This document shows, one piece after another, positions 26,158 to 39,594 of a DNA stretch of 64,000 bases. The stretch is from positions 17,050,001 through 17,114,000 of the forward strand of contig OX597830.1 of NCBI GenBank assembly GCA_951406725.2, given 5' to 3'. Numbering within the stretch: the first letter of the stretch is position 1; every line of letters starts with the position of its first letter. This DNA is from Octopus vulgaris (Eukaryota). The notes under the pieces are model-generated. The model was given only the letters and a program-made list of their open reading frames with translations. It ran no database searches and was not told the origin of the DNA. The translations under genes and the position numbers were made by a program.

Positions 26158-27064
26158 CAGCATCATAATTTGCCACAATATTTTAACCCTTTTATTACCA
26201 AATTTCTTTTGAAATACACCGCTTTTGTTTCAATTAATTTTGAAAATAATGAAGAATTTAGTAAAATAACCATTATTTAGCCTTGTGTATAGTACATAGA
26301 TTAATATCAAAGATTGATAGGTTTTAATTGAGATTACTTTGAAATAATTTTCTATCACAGATCCAAGGACAGTCATAGGCAGATTGGTATCAAAAGTTTC
26401 TTTTTTTTTTTTTTGCTCACATTGGTCAGATAGATCCAGCATTCAACTTGTCCATTTGAATCACATCTTCATACAAATGATGCAGCTATCTCCTCTGCAG
26501 TCTTGCATGTAATTAACCTTACACATACAACTGATCATGCTCATTTCATTTCTTTCCAGCTTCCATACATTTTATACATTCAATTTCCATAACTCACTAC
26601 TCAACAGCACCATATATTTCATCCATACTTCACACAGTCTGCCTTTGCTATGAAAAGAAAAACTCTTTGTTGCCAAGAATAAGCACTTCTGGACTTCTTC
26701 CATTCCTCCTTTATTCTGGCAATTTTGGTATTGTTATAACCACATCTAGCATTAATAACTGAATCTTTCAACTAGATTTAGTGAGCAACTGAAGCTGTTC
26801 GTGAACCTCATTTTATGGATGCCTCTACTGCTTACTGCTTCTGTTCATCTATCACAGCTAAAATCCCGGTCCTCTATCAATCCATCAGATATCCTACAGC
26901 ACCTCTTTGCACATATTGCTTGCATAAAATACACATTAAGAAATTCCTTCTTACATTCTTCCTAGACCTCAAGCAAGCTCAGTTCTTAAATCATACAGAG
27001 ACCTTTGACTACCTGTTGCAACCAACACTTTAGTCTGTTGATCTTTGAGTCTTTTAACTACAGA

Positions 27065-27422
27065 CAAGCACTATGACCTAGCGTCGCGGGGTCATAGTGC
27101 TAGTGCATGCATATACAGCTGCGTGCGTGCGCACATACATGCGAGTACTGTCCAAATCTCCGACCAATCACATACAGCTAGCTGGCATTCAATTGGCATA
27201 TCAAGTTTCGGGCATTTTGATTGGGTTTTGGATAGAAAATTCACAAAAAAGTCACTTTTATTGATATTTTAATGGCTTTGCGGGATGACTGGGGAAATGT
27301 AAAGATGTGCACGACCACCCTGGATGGTTTTCAATGAGCATAGAAAGTGCGAACTCTCTAACTGAAAAATTGTGGATTTGTGACACACACAGACATTTTG
27401 CTATTTATGTATATAGAGAAGA
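27065..27422 (-). mobile_element. Non-autonomous Helitron family B, second copy
   Basis: Reverse complement of 18693-19059; terminal CTAG mutated to CTTG. Confidence 0.8.
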
Positions 27423-30104
27423 TGTTTCCAGATCTGGAACATCTTGATTTTTAACAATTCATTAATAGAAAATTCTTATAAGGAAACTAGCTTATCCACA
27501 TATAAAAGCTGCTCAAAAAGGTGTAAAGATTTTGAACACTTGAATTATAACAAATACAAATTAATTGAAAATAGAGTCCTGGAGAACATCAATGATGTGT
27601 ATACTAAACTCTCAGCTAATTCACCAACAAATCTAACCTTACTAACAGCACTGCTGTACATGGTTTGAAAATGTTGAAACCATTCATCTAAACTGTGCTC
27701 TCTTAGTGACCACAAGACTACAGTGCAGAACTTGTCAAAAGTCCTTAATATAATTTAAAAAATGCAAAATAGAATAGTTGGTTCTTAACTAAGATCTTTT
27801 GAAGCTGTTTCACTTGAAACATGGTAACAGTGGTTTTGTACCTTGATACAAACCCCATACTGCATCTTACCAAAGCTAAACCTATACTAACTTTGCTAAA
27901 ACTCCCTCGGTAAAATTCAAAATCTACTAGTTGTAAGGTCAAAACCTATTAGTTGTAAGGTCAATGTTCTTCAGTGGATTTTCTTTGCATTTGTAGCAGC
28001 CTCCAATGACACAGCTGTACCAGTCAACAACAGTAACACTACTTTCTTCCATTACCTGATTACTAAGTAACTATTAGCAATTAATATAGCAAATGACCAA
28101 TATCACTTAATGCTCTCAATATTTCTGTCAACTACTCCCTATAGAATTGCTGATTTCTCGACGTTGATTCCTTATATAGCCTTATTAATCATACTAAATT
28201 AACTTTCGCAGCTGATTTATTTATTACTTCTCTCACCATTCTACCCATACCCTTGATTCACAACCTCAGTGGTATTTCATGTTTTTTCTTTTTCCTACTA
28301 CTGAGGGTAGATGTGTCAGTCTTAGTTCAGACAACAACAATAAAGATACCAGTGACATCAATATCAAAAGAATAGATGATGGTTTATGTAACTCCAAGTC
28401 AGCCCTGATTGAGCCAACTTATAGCATGACTGTACAGTCAGCAGAACAACTGTGATCCATAGCTCTGCACTTAATATCTACATCTACCTGAGGGCCACAC
28501 TACATGTTCTAACATGCAGTGGTTAATCATATACAGTGTAGTGTAACAGTGTGGTCATGTTGCACTCTCTTTCTGATTTCTGTATGCCTGCCTGTTTTTG
28601 TATAACCCCCAGGTGAGTTCTGATCTAGTTGCACTATGACCAAAGAAATTCCAGTCATGAACATACCATACTTTCAGAGGTATGTAGACATTATCCAATG
28701 TGTCTTTTCTTTATCTAAAATGGCAGAGATCATTTGAGGAAGATTTGACTACTATTTCTAGAAAGATTAACAACCATACAAAAGTTCCTTCAATTGGCTT
28801 ATATAGGTCAGTCAGCTCTGACCTAACACATACATGATGAAGATTAATCCAATCATAACCATCCAAATCCTTTTCAGAGATATCTATATAGGTCTGCATT
28901 ATCTAATGTCTTTTCCTTTCATAAGATAATAGATGTGATATGAGGGATATTGGCTATTTCTAGCACATTAGGCCTGCCTATACATTCCGGTAATGGCTAT
29001 AGCAGAGGTTGGCAAAAAAGACTCAACCAGAGCACAATGGTTGTTGTTCCTCTGCAGCACAAATTAGTACAATGTTTGAAGTTAATAAGACTTGATACTG
29101 CTGCTGGTACTGCTTTTGTATGTGTCTTACATTATGAAGATGCCCTTCCTAACGCCAACCACTCCGTGAGTGTAGTGGGTGCTTTTTACGTGCCAGATGG
29201 GGCTGGCAAACGGCAACGGTCGGATGGTGCTTTTTACGTGCCACTGGCACGGGAGCCAGGCGAGGCTGGCAACGGCCACGATCGGATGGTGCTTTTTACG
29301 TGCCACCGGTAATATTCTCAAGTTGGGGTTACAGTGGTTTCAAATTTTGACACAAGGCCAGCAATTTCAGGAAAGAGGAAAGCTGATTCCATCGATCCCA
29401 GTGCACAACTGATACTTATTTTATAACCAATGTAAGGATGAAAGGTAAAGTTGACCTTGGTAGAATTTGAACTCAAAATGTAAAGACAGATGAAATACTG
29501 CTAAGCATTTTGTCCAGCATGCTAACAATTCAGCCATCTCACCGCCTTAAGTTGGTGCTATAACAGTGATGTATTTGTGGGTTTGTTCAAAGGTGGTGAT
29601 ACATGTTGCAGTAAGGACAGAGAGTTTGTTTATATGAGTAGTAGTAGTAGTTGAGGAAGTTTAGAAGATACAAAGTGGACATAAACTTGGGAAAAATACA
29701 CTTTTTCAACATGTAATTCCAATATTTACTTTAGTACTAATAGAATAGCCTTCATACTGTTCTAGAAATAGACCGAGCTGACTAAACTTTCTTTCTGCAT
29801 AATCAAACATCTCAATACTTCCAAGGTAAACTGAGCCTTTACACAGTAATAAGTCTATGAATAACAAGCTAGTCCATTTGTCAAATTTGAAAAGGAAACA
29901 GGTTTTGCCTGTTGTCTTATACACATTAGACAGAGGATTTTAAATGGTATATAAATATTTTACACTTGAACTATGAAGTTTATAAGAGATTATAAGCCAT
30001 CCTATCTCCTACATCAATGCTACTTAAACCTTTTTAGCTATCACCTTTTTTTTCACAAATGTTTTCAACCCCAACCTATTTCAGTTCTATCCCTACTATT
30101 TATA

Positions 30105-30340
30105 TATTTCTTTACTACCCACAAGGGGCTAAACACAGAGGGGACAAACAAGGACAGACAAACGGATTAAGTCGATTACATCGACCCCAGTGCTTAACTG
30201 GTACTTAATTTATCGACCCCAAAAGGATGAAAGGCAAAGTCGACCTTGGCGGAATTTGAACCCAGAACATAACGGCAGACGAAATACAGCTACGCATTTC
30301 GCCCAGTGTGCTAACGTTTCTGCTAGCTCACCACCTTTCA
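30105..30340 (-). mobile_element. SINE group B
   Basis: Full copy with TSD TATCCCTACTATTTATA. Confidence 0.85.
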
Positions 30341-32669
30341 AAATATCCCTACTATTTATAATGTACATTATAAGACCAAAATAATTTAGTCTCAGGCATT
30401 AGTTTGATGTGGGTGACTACTTACCACAACCCCACCCAACTATAAGCAAATATTATAAGCACATTTTGAAGTTTATTACTATTGCTGATATTGTCCTTGT
30501 GATTATATTTAAGAGTTTATCATAATATTACTGTAGATATTTTTTTAATTTAATATTTAAATAGGAACCAAAGACTGAAAAAAAAAAACTATACAAATGC
30601 ATCTATTACCCCTACAACTTCCCCTCTGTCCCCAGAATACTTTATGTAAGTGACAAAAGATCAGACATTTACTTGGCAGAATAATTAAACTCATGGAACT
30701 CAATAATGAAAAAAATAAAAATTCTCCACGATAAATTAAGATAGAGAAACGAAATTGAAAAAGCAGAGTGGAGAATTTGCTTCCAATATAAAGTAATGAA
30801 CTTTATTTGTAATGACTTAGACATATTAGGGAGTAAAAAAAAAAAAATGGAAATGTATACATTTGTTACATCCATCCACCTTCCAATTATATTATGTATA
30901 AGATGGACTGTATTATTTTGTACTGAAGCAAAACTGCAGGAAATCGTGAAGGAATAGAGATCTCTTGTCGTCAACCAGGCAAAATGCACAATGCCAGGTT
31001 CAAACCCATGATTATTCTGTTAGTTATGCAGCAAGTTTAAACCTCAGAACCTATGTTTCCATTGGAAAACAGTAGGAGTCGTTCGACCTGCTAAGTACAG
31101 CAATAAAATCTATTATCACATCCTATCGGTTTTTTTAAGTCAGGACACATTGGATAGATAGCTATACAGTACGTTTGACAAAAAAGATGGGGAGGGGAGG
31201 CAGAAATACCTTTGATCATAAATCTCCCCCAGAGTGACCTGGGGCTAAACAGCAACACACTAATAATTCGGTGCACTTCCTTAACCTTTGCCTAACAATA
31301 TAAGACGACGTTCGAAACATAAGAATTTCACCAAATTTCTTGTCAAAGTCACGCTCTATGTCATACATCGCTAATCCCTTAAACCTTCTTGGAGTCTCAT
31401 CTCTGCAACTAACATTCGAATTTGTGAATGCAAATTATTATTTGCATTCTGTTAAACACTAAAATACCTAAAAGGTTAACATCTTTTGGCAACAACGATG
31501 CAACTGTTAAATAGGAATTATCAACTATTCAAACATTCTGAGCAGACTCTAAGAAATGTTATAACATTAGCAGAAGCAGTAGAGCGCCGGACGAGATAGC
31601 AAGTGGTAAATTAGTTACGTCCCTTTACATTCAGAGTTCAAATTTCACTGAGGACTCACAGTGATCTTTAAACACTAGGGGGTCAACATGAATGAGTACT
31701 AGGGTACCAGTAATATCTAAGGGTTGATTTAATCGTCTGCCCCCTTTCTCAAATAGGTGGCTTTGTGTTGCGTTGGTCACAAATAATTTTATATTTTACA
31801 GCAAACAGTGTTCTTATGATCATAGCTGGAGAGATTTAAAAATGGAAATAGATGGTTTTGAGGCAAATGTCGCTTACATTAAAATCTGTAAACTCTTGTG
31901 TAAATGGTAGATTAGGTAAATTTTTACCGTAGATTATTTACAGTATATACTTTAAATAAATTAACAGTGTACTACAATGGATTGTTTACAGAAGAATTTT
32001 ACTTTGAAATGATTTAAGTTATCACATCAATTCTGTCAGGTAAGCGATGTTATATGTAAACATTCGTTCGCCTTTTTAATAGATCGTCATTTCACTGGTG
32101 TTGAAATATTTCAAAACTGTTGAGTATTTAATACGAAGAAACAAACAACAATAACATCGTATTTGAGCAATAATTGAAAGTAGTGATCTTTTCACTAGAG
32201 GGGGGGTCAACATGAATGAGTACTAGGGTACCAGTAATATATAAGGGTTGATTTAAATAGGTGGCTTTGTGTTGCGTTGGTTACAAATAATTTTATATTT
32301 TACAGCAAACAGTGTTCTTATAATCATAGCTGGAGAGATTTAAAAGTAATAAAAAAAAAAGGTAAAATTCGATTCAGTTCGGAAATAGAACCCAGAAGGA
32401 TTTTTTTTTTTATAATAGGAAGGAATTCAAGGGATTTTGATTGGAACCAATGAAAGAAATAAACAAAAAAAATAGATAAATAAATGAATAAATAAATAAG
32501 CAGAGGGATAACATGATGAAATAATTATTTCAGAAATTGGGGTTCTAAGGTGAAGGAAAAATTTTTAAAAAGGGGGTAACGATCGGTTGTGTTGTATGTA
32601 AGCTAACAATATTTATATATCATTCATAAATGGTTAAATTCTGTTGTAAGTGTTGTGGCTGCTACAGCA

Positions 32670-33770
32670 TCGGCGAAAGAAGAAGGTTTGCGGCAGATGA
32701 TAGATAGAAATAGAGTTCTGAGGAAGAAAGCAGCAACAATAACAAACAAAGCGATAGTTACGATTCGATACGATATATTATCGATCAGCTTTTTTTTTCC
32801 CTCAAATACTATACTAAAGCCTTAATTAAGAGACCTTTAAAATTGCATGTTTGCACTTCAAAACAATGAGTTTAATTAAAAATATTGACTGGTTAATATT
32901 TTCGACTTCAGGCTCCGTTTGGTTTAATGACAGAGAAATTAATATCGATGCTGTGTGTAAAATAAATTATAGAGGAAGAGTTTCGATTGTTAAAAGACCA
33001 AACGATCTCTGAATGAATGACATTCGTTGACATGAAAGGGTAAAATTACTTAAACTACCTTGGCAGGTGTCTGCAAGATTGGGTTTCAAGGATCGTATTT
33101 TGGGGACGGAATTTAAGAATTCCTTTAGATATATATTGCACGGATCGACGAGATGTAACGAAATTCGACCCACAGGAATACATGTAGGATGCACACGAGA
33201 AGTAGTAGTAGTTTTAATGAAGACTACAACAAAGAGAAAGTGTCCTACATTGAGTATTTACTATAAGTACATGCAAGCAGTTTGATTACACGATCGCTGG
33301 GGAGAGAGAGAGAAAGGCCACGGATATACGTGGTAATTGCGGATATTGGCTGTAATGAAAGGCTTGAATTGAAAAGCAAATATTTACACAAGCGGAAAGT
33401 GATAGAATACAAAGAGATATTCACCTGAATGCGGGGATCTAAAACCTCGTCCTCCCCGTTAGATAACCGACGCTCACGGTCGGCCATCTTTACATTGACA
33501 CCAACGCTAGTCTCCGTCAATTTATTAACATATTAATTATACTGAAATCCGAAATGCGATTATTTTTTCAAACTGAAGTAAGATAATGCGAACGATACGA
33601 ATAAAACGAAGGAATTTTGCATCGAAAGTAAAATAAAACACTGTCGAAAAAAACAATCACGTGAGATATATGGTTTGTCAACTGGAAAGGGAGGCAGATT
33701 TAAACTGTCTCAAGAGCTTGGTTGTTGTCTGTGTGGTGCTTGTTTGTTTGATTGATTGGTAATTAAATTC
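32670..33770 (-). promoter_or_regulatory. CpG-retaining promoter/first-exon region of the SH3BP5-like gene
   Basis: Visibly more CpG than flanking non-repeat DNA and free of SINEs. YY1-type motif AAGATGGCCG overlaps the ATG (33481-33490), E-box CACGTG at about 33658, ATTGG/CCAAT near 33755. Confidence 0.6.
33425..33487 (-). CDS. SH3BP5L: SH3 domain-binding protein 5-like (SH3BP5/SH3BP5L/parcas family), coding exon 1
   Basis: aagATGG start reads MADRERRLSNGEDEVLDPRIQ and ends at CAG|GTGAAT, a phase-0 donor. Acidic stretch plus (L/V)DPRIQ is the conserved start of the SH3BP5 domain. Lies in a CpG-rich region. Confidence 0.88.
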
Positions 33771-33852
33771 AGAACTTCAGGTTAAGAGGGGAAGGGCAAG
33801 TGAGATGCAAAAGCATTATAGATATGAAATTAAACAAAAAAAATGGGTTTGG

Positions 33853-34269
33853 GGATCTTTTCGGTTTGAACGGCAGTTTTTTTAACATAATTTCTTGGTA
33901 ACTAAAAAATTTTAAACTTCGTATACTGGCAGAATGTGTTTATAAAACATTTTTTTCTCTTGGTTTTATTGAGAAAATTCTATAGTTTGTAACATATTTG
34001 ATGTTTTTTTTTCTTCAATTTCTGCAATTTCAACCAATCAATGACGTCTATTGAGGTTAAAAACATTCTGTGCCATATGAATATGTCCCTCGTTTAAGAA
34101 ACAGATTGGGTTTATTTACATTTGTGAAGAAAAAAAGATACCCTTCCCCCCCCTAACCCTAACCCTAAAACAGATTGAAATGCAATAGATCGATACTAGG
34201 GTCATTATTATGGGTGACAATTTCATATGATACCGCTAGAAAAAACTGCCATTCAAACCGAAAAGATCC
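33853..34269 (+). mobile_element. MITE with GGATCTTTTCGGTTTGAACGGCAGTTTTT TIRs
   Basis: About 28-bp TIRs, degenerate 8-bp TSD, internal (CCCTAA)3. Superfamily uncertain (GG ends plus 8-bp TSD fit Merlin). Confidence 0.85.
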
Positions 34270-35222
34270 AGGTTTTGTCCTGAGAAGTGTATGTATATTC
34301 TTCCGGTTTATTTTTCTCAACAAGAAAGAAAGAGCCGGTTGTAACACGGAACACAAAGCAAGGATTCATGTGTGAGTGTATGTATGCAGGTACGAGAGGT
34401 GTGCTAGTATGCAGGTGTGTGTGTGTCAGTGTGCAAGTATAAATTTTATTGAGTTTGTGAACCGATATGTTTTTTTATGTCTGTGTATATATATATACGA
34501 GACATGTTTGCATTAAGCACTTATAGATTTAAACTTTCTGAATGCTTTGCATGTTTTCACAGTTCCACTAATAGCTATGAGTTTTGATTGTGTGGCGACT
34601 GTTGAGAAAGACATGCCTAAGAAGATGGTTTCAGTAACGTGCCCTTCTGTGTCTGATGTTTTGCCAGGTACCATTAGCATAGAATTTGCAGAGTTCCAGC
34701 CAGTCAACTGAACTGGAGTTATGCTTATAATTATGTAAAATAGTGATTGGACAATACAATAAGTGAAGAGATGGTTATAGTTTGGTAGAGGTTGAGTTTG
34801 GAGATGGCAAATGGATCATGGGTTTTAGGCTGTGTTGGTCAAGGATGAGTTTAGAAAATGAAACTAGGTGGTGTAAAAAATTTAGGATTTACAGATTTTG
34901 TTTCTGCACCAGCAACATCACTATGAGGTGAGTGTTAGAGCCAAGAAGAAATGTGGGTGTTGAAGTTACTAAGGAGAAGTATAAAGTGAATTAAATGTTT
35001 TCAATACAAGAAGAAATATGGTTGAAGAGCTGATAATGGTTGGCGGGATTTAGAGAACCTTAGCAGAAGATATATTTTGAGCAGAGAGAGACTCAGACCC
35101 AGAATAACTGAAAGACTGTGTTGCTTATATCCAGATGAGAGAATTGAGTGACAGGAAAGTGGAATCTGCATATTATACATACACAACCATCTGGAGTAAA
35201 GAATATAGCCTGGACAACAGAG

Positions 35223-35610
35223 ATCATCATCATTGTTTAACGTCCGCTTTCCGTGCTAGCATGGGTTGGATGATTTGACTGAGGTTTGGCGAACCAGATG
35301 GCTGTACCAGACTCCAATCTGATCTAGCAGAGTTTCTACAGCTGGATGCCCTTCGTAACACCAACCACTCCGAGAGTGTAGTAGGTGCTTTTACGTGCCA
35401 CCGGCATGAGGGCCAGTCAGGCAGTACTGGCAACGGCCACGCTCAAACGGTGCTTTTTATGTCCCACCTGCACAGGAGCCAGTCCAGTGGCACTGGCAAC
35501 GACCTCGCATGAATGTTTTTTCACGTGCTATCAGCACAAGTGCTAGTAAGGCAACGCAGGTAACGGTCACGCTCGAATGGTGTTTTGAACGTGGCATCGG
35601 CATGGAGGCC
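35223..35610 (-). mobile_element. RTE LINE 3' UTR copy
   Basis: Same family. Further copies at about 29140-29310, 37053-37390, 39766-40135, 43800-44100, 51960-52355 (minus) and 54105-54256 (plus). Confidence 0.8.
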
Positions 35611-36068
35611 AATCTCACTCGTACGGTACCCTTAGATGAACTATACTTAAGAGACTGCATTAAGAGAGGAATGGAATGTGTGGTTTGCATGTCAGTTTGT
35701 AAATGTGTAGGTTGGATCTGAGTTCATGAATGTTAGAAAAGATGAGGAAGAATTGTTCAGCAGGTTTGGTTTTAGTTTTTAGTAACTAGAGAAATGTTGA
35801 GGGTGTGCCATGGGGTCAAGCTAATCCCTTGACATGAGACTAGTTTGAATGCTAACTGCAGGGCAACCTCCACTAGAGGCAAACATAAACAAGAGCTAGT
35901 ATTTAAAAAAGAGAAGAAGCTACACCAAATACAAAAGATAACATTAGATAAATAGTGACTCAAACTTAGGTGTTGAAATCAGTAATGTAATTAAATGGTT
36001 CATAATTAACCTCAAATTTTCATGCTTAGAAACTGAAATATTTAAGATAAAAAAGGGAGAAATATATC

Positions 36069-36126
<58 letters not shown>

Positions 36127-38046
36127 AATATGTAAATAAATAGATGTCTGTCACATACATTACCAGTATTCAGGAGAAGTCCTTCTCTCTTCATTATTCT
36201 TGAATTGTATATATATAAAGATAGATATATGTATATATACACACATCATCCTCCTCATCATTATTATCATTCTTTAACATCCATTTTCCATACTGGCATG
36301 GGTTGGGCAATTTGACCATAGCTGACAAGCTGGAGAGCTGCACCAGGCTCCAGTCTGATTTGGTATAGTTTCTATGGTTGGATGCCCTTCCTAAAGCAAA
36401 TGAGGTGTGCTAGGCACAAGTGACACTGACACAGGTGCTTTTTATGTGGAACCATCACAGGACTGTTGCAGGCCCATCCTCTTCACCAGGGGGAGGGCAG
36501 CCTTAACACTTTTGTTATGGAGGTTGGGTCTTCTTGAGTACAGCAAGGCACCAGGTATCTCGGTCCGTCATCATCTCATCTGAAAGAGGTTCTCAACATG
36601 GGTGGTACCACCCCCAAGCGGGACTCTGGGTATGTCAAAGATGGCATGAGGCTTTAGGGAGTGATGACGTAACATAATTAACATGTCAAATTTTACCTAT
36701 TGTAGTAATGATAAAACTTGAATTATTTTAAATTTAAAATGAGACCTCATCAGGCACAGGAAAGTCATTAACTTGCAATATATAAAATAAACTTACAACT
36801 TTTGTCAGTATTAATTTATCATTTCACAGTTAAAAGCTTATACAATCCATTTTTATAGTAAAATTTATAAATTATCATCGATGTTGAGCTAGTTTAGTCA
36901 TGATACCTCACTCACCACTAAGGTGGGTACTAGGCATAACAACTGCTTAAAAGGGAAGTGGGGCCACAAAAATAAATGTTAAGAAATACTGCTCTACAAC
37001 ATGTATTAAGCACTCCTTTCTAATTTGCTAAACATTAGCAATGTGCATGTGTATCATCATCATCATCATCGTTTAACATCCGCTTTCCATGCTAGCATGG
37101 GTTGGACGATTTTGACTGAGGGCTGGTGAGCCAGATGGCTGCACCAGGCTCCAATCTTAATCTGGCAGAGTTTCTACAGCTGGATGCCCTCTCTAATGCC
37201 AACCACTCCGAGAGTGTAGTGGGTGCTTTTTACGTGCCACCGGCATGGGGGCCAGTCAGGTGGTACTGGCAACGACCTCACTCAAATCTTTTTACACATG
37301 CCACCGGCACAGGTGCCAGTGAAGCAACACTGGTAATGATCACACTCGAATGGTGCCCTTTTTACGTGCCACGGGTACGAAGCCAGTTGATATGCATATT
37401 TATATGTATATTACACACACACACTTGTATTTTTCTACTTGTTTCAGTCATTAAACTGCAGCCAAGCTGAGGCTCTGACTTGAAGGATTTAGTCAAAAAA
37501 GAAGTCTTCAGTATTTATTTTTAAGTTTGGTATTTATTTCTATCAGACATTTTTCTTTTTGTTTTTGCTGAACCACTAAGTTATAGACATGTAAAAAGAT
37601 AATGCAGTTTGTCCATCAGTTCCACTTTCTCATGCTTGCATTGGATTAGATAGAACTTGTTGTGGTAGATTTTCTATGGCCAGCGGCTTTTCCTGTTGCC
37701 AATCCACCCTTGCTTCAAAGCTAGGCAATATTTCCCCATGACTAGACATGTTTTTGTGGAAGATTGGAAACAAATGTCATACACTGTTAGCATGACAGCG
37801 ACTTTTGACAACTGTCAGTTGATGTCAAGATGAAGAGTCACCAATAAACACACACACACACACACACACTCTCTCTCTTACACACACACACATGCACGAT
37901 GAGCTTCTTTCAGTTTCTATCTATCAAATCCACTCACAAGGCTTTGGTCAACCTAAGACTTTCATAGGAGAAACTTGCCCAAGAGTCTCCTATGAACTCA
38001 AGTCTTCATGTTTGGGAAGCAAACTTCTTAACCACACAGCCATACC

Positions 38047-38110
<64 letters not shown>

Positions 38111-38307
38111 GGGAGAGTTTACGAAAAAAACAAAGAGGAAGACAGGTCATGTACAAAACAAACAGATGTATTAATATAACACTCAGGAATAGTAAAAGTC
38201 TTTTACGTTTCGAGCCTACACTCTTCTACAGAAAGGGACACAGAAAAAACAAGGAGAGAAAAAAATGTGTGTAGTGGCTAACGATCTATCATGCCGACTG
38301 ACTCGGA

Positions 38308-38387
<80 letters not shown>

Positions 38388-38390
38388 AAT

Positions 38391-38672
38391 CAGAGAAGAA
38401 CCACCATGTAGCAATTCAACAATGATATATTTAAATCATACCATGTAGAAAAAAATTAAATATACGATAAAACATTTATCTAAAACTAAATAAAATATGA
38501 AATAATAAATATATAGTATATAATTAGTATGCATGTATGTATGTATGTATCTATTTACTAATTATATACTACTTATTTATTATTTCGTACTTTAGTTCTA
38601 TCTTTCATTTTTTTCTACATGGTATGATTTAAGTATATCATTGTTGAATTGCTTCTTGGTGGTTCTTCTCTA
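38391..38672. repeat. Diverged inverted repeat between (TA)n tracts
   Basis: AGAGAAGAACCACCA..GCAATTCAACAATGATATA / TATATCATTGTTGAATTGC..TGGTGGTTCTTCTCT. Confidence 0.85.
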
Positions 38673-38746
38673 ATTTATATACATGTTTTATATATTGCAA
38701 AATTTGATTTAGTATTACTAAATTGTATTACTAATAGTATTACTAA

Positions 38747-38789
<43 letters not shown>

Positions 38790-38973
38790 GTATATATATA
38801 TATATATATATATACACACAGATGTAGGTACGTACATATATGTATGTATGTATCATCATCATCATCACTATTGTATGACTGAGCGCCCGTTTTCCATGCT
38901 AGCATGGTTGTTTCGTTTCTTCTACTTCTCTAAGCCGGATATATATATATATCAGGCCCAGTCAGATCTGGCA

Positions 38974-39011
<38 letters not shown>

Positions 39012-39556
39012 GAGTGTGGATGGAGATGCTGATAGATAGATAGATAGATACAAACATACATACATACATACATACACACACTCACAAATAGATAGTGTGT
39101 ACTTGGTGCTTTTATACATTCCACTGGCACTATTGAGCCATATGGTGATCCCAACAGTACCGGTGCCACAAAAGAAAATCCATAACACACTGTAAAGCGG
39201 TTGGCATTAGGATGAGCATCCAGCAGTAGAAACCATGCCAAAACAGACACTGGAATATGATTCAGTCCTTTACTCATTGGATCCTTGTTAAGCTGTCCAA
39301 CACATGCCAGAATAGAACACGAATGTTAAATGATGATGATGACAGTGACTTCAAAGTTACAGCTTGCTCATCTTCATTGGACAGAGTGATGAAAGTGAGA
39401 AGCTGTGTGACTTCAAAGTCACTATCAACCTTTCCATTATAAAAGTTAATATATATGTAACGGGAAGGTTTACGAAAATGAACAAAAGACGAAGGCAGGT
39501 GGAGTACAAACAAACAAATGTATTAGTATGGCGCTCAGGAATAGAAATAGAACAAG

Positions 39557-39594
39557 TCTTTTACGTTTCGAGCCTACGCTCTTCGACAGAAAGA
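39557..39594 (-). ncRNA. Minimal hammerhead-like motif with variant core CUGUNGA (also 7686-7723, 38199-38236, 44229-44266)
   Basis: ucuuu-CUGUCGA-A-GAGC(GUAG)GCUC-GAAA-CGU-A-aaaga: stem I, stem II and palindromic stem III are all in register. Confidence 0.55.

Noticed and set aside
34151-34168. (CCCTAA)n telomeric repeat
   Set aside because: Only about three units, internal to a MITE; not a telomere or fusion site.
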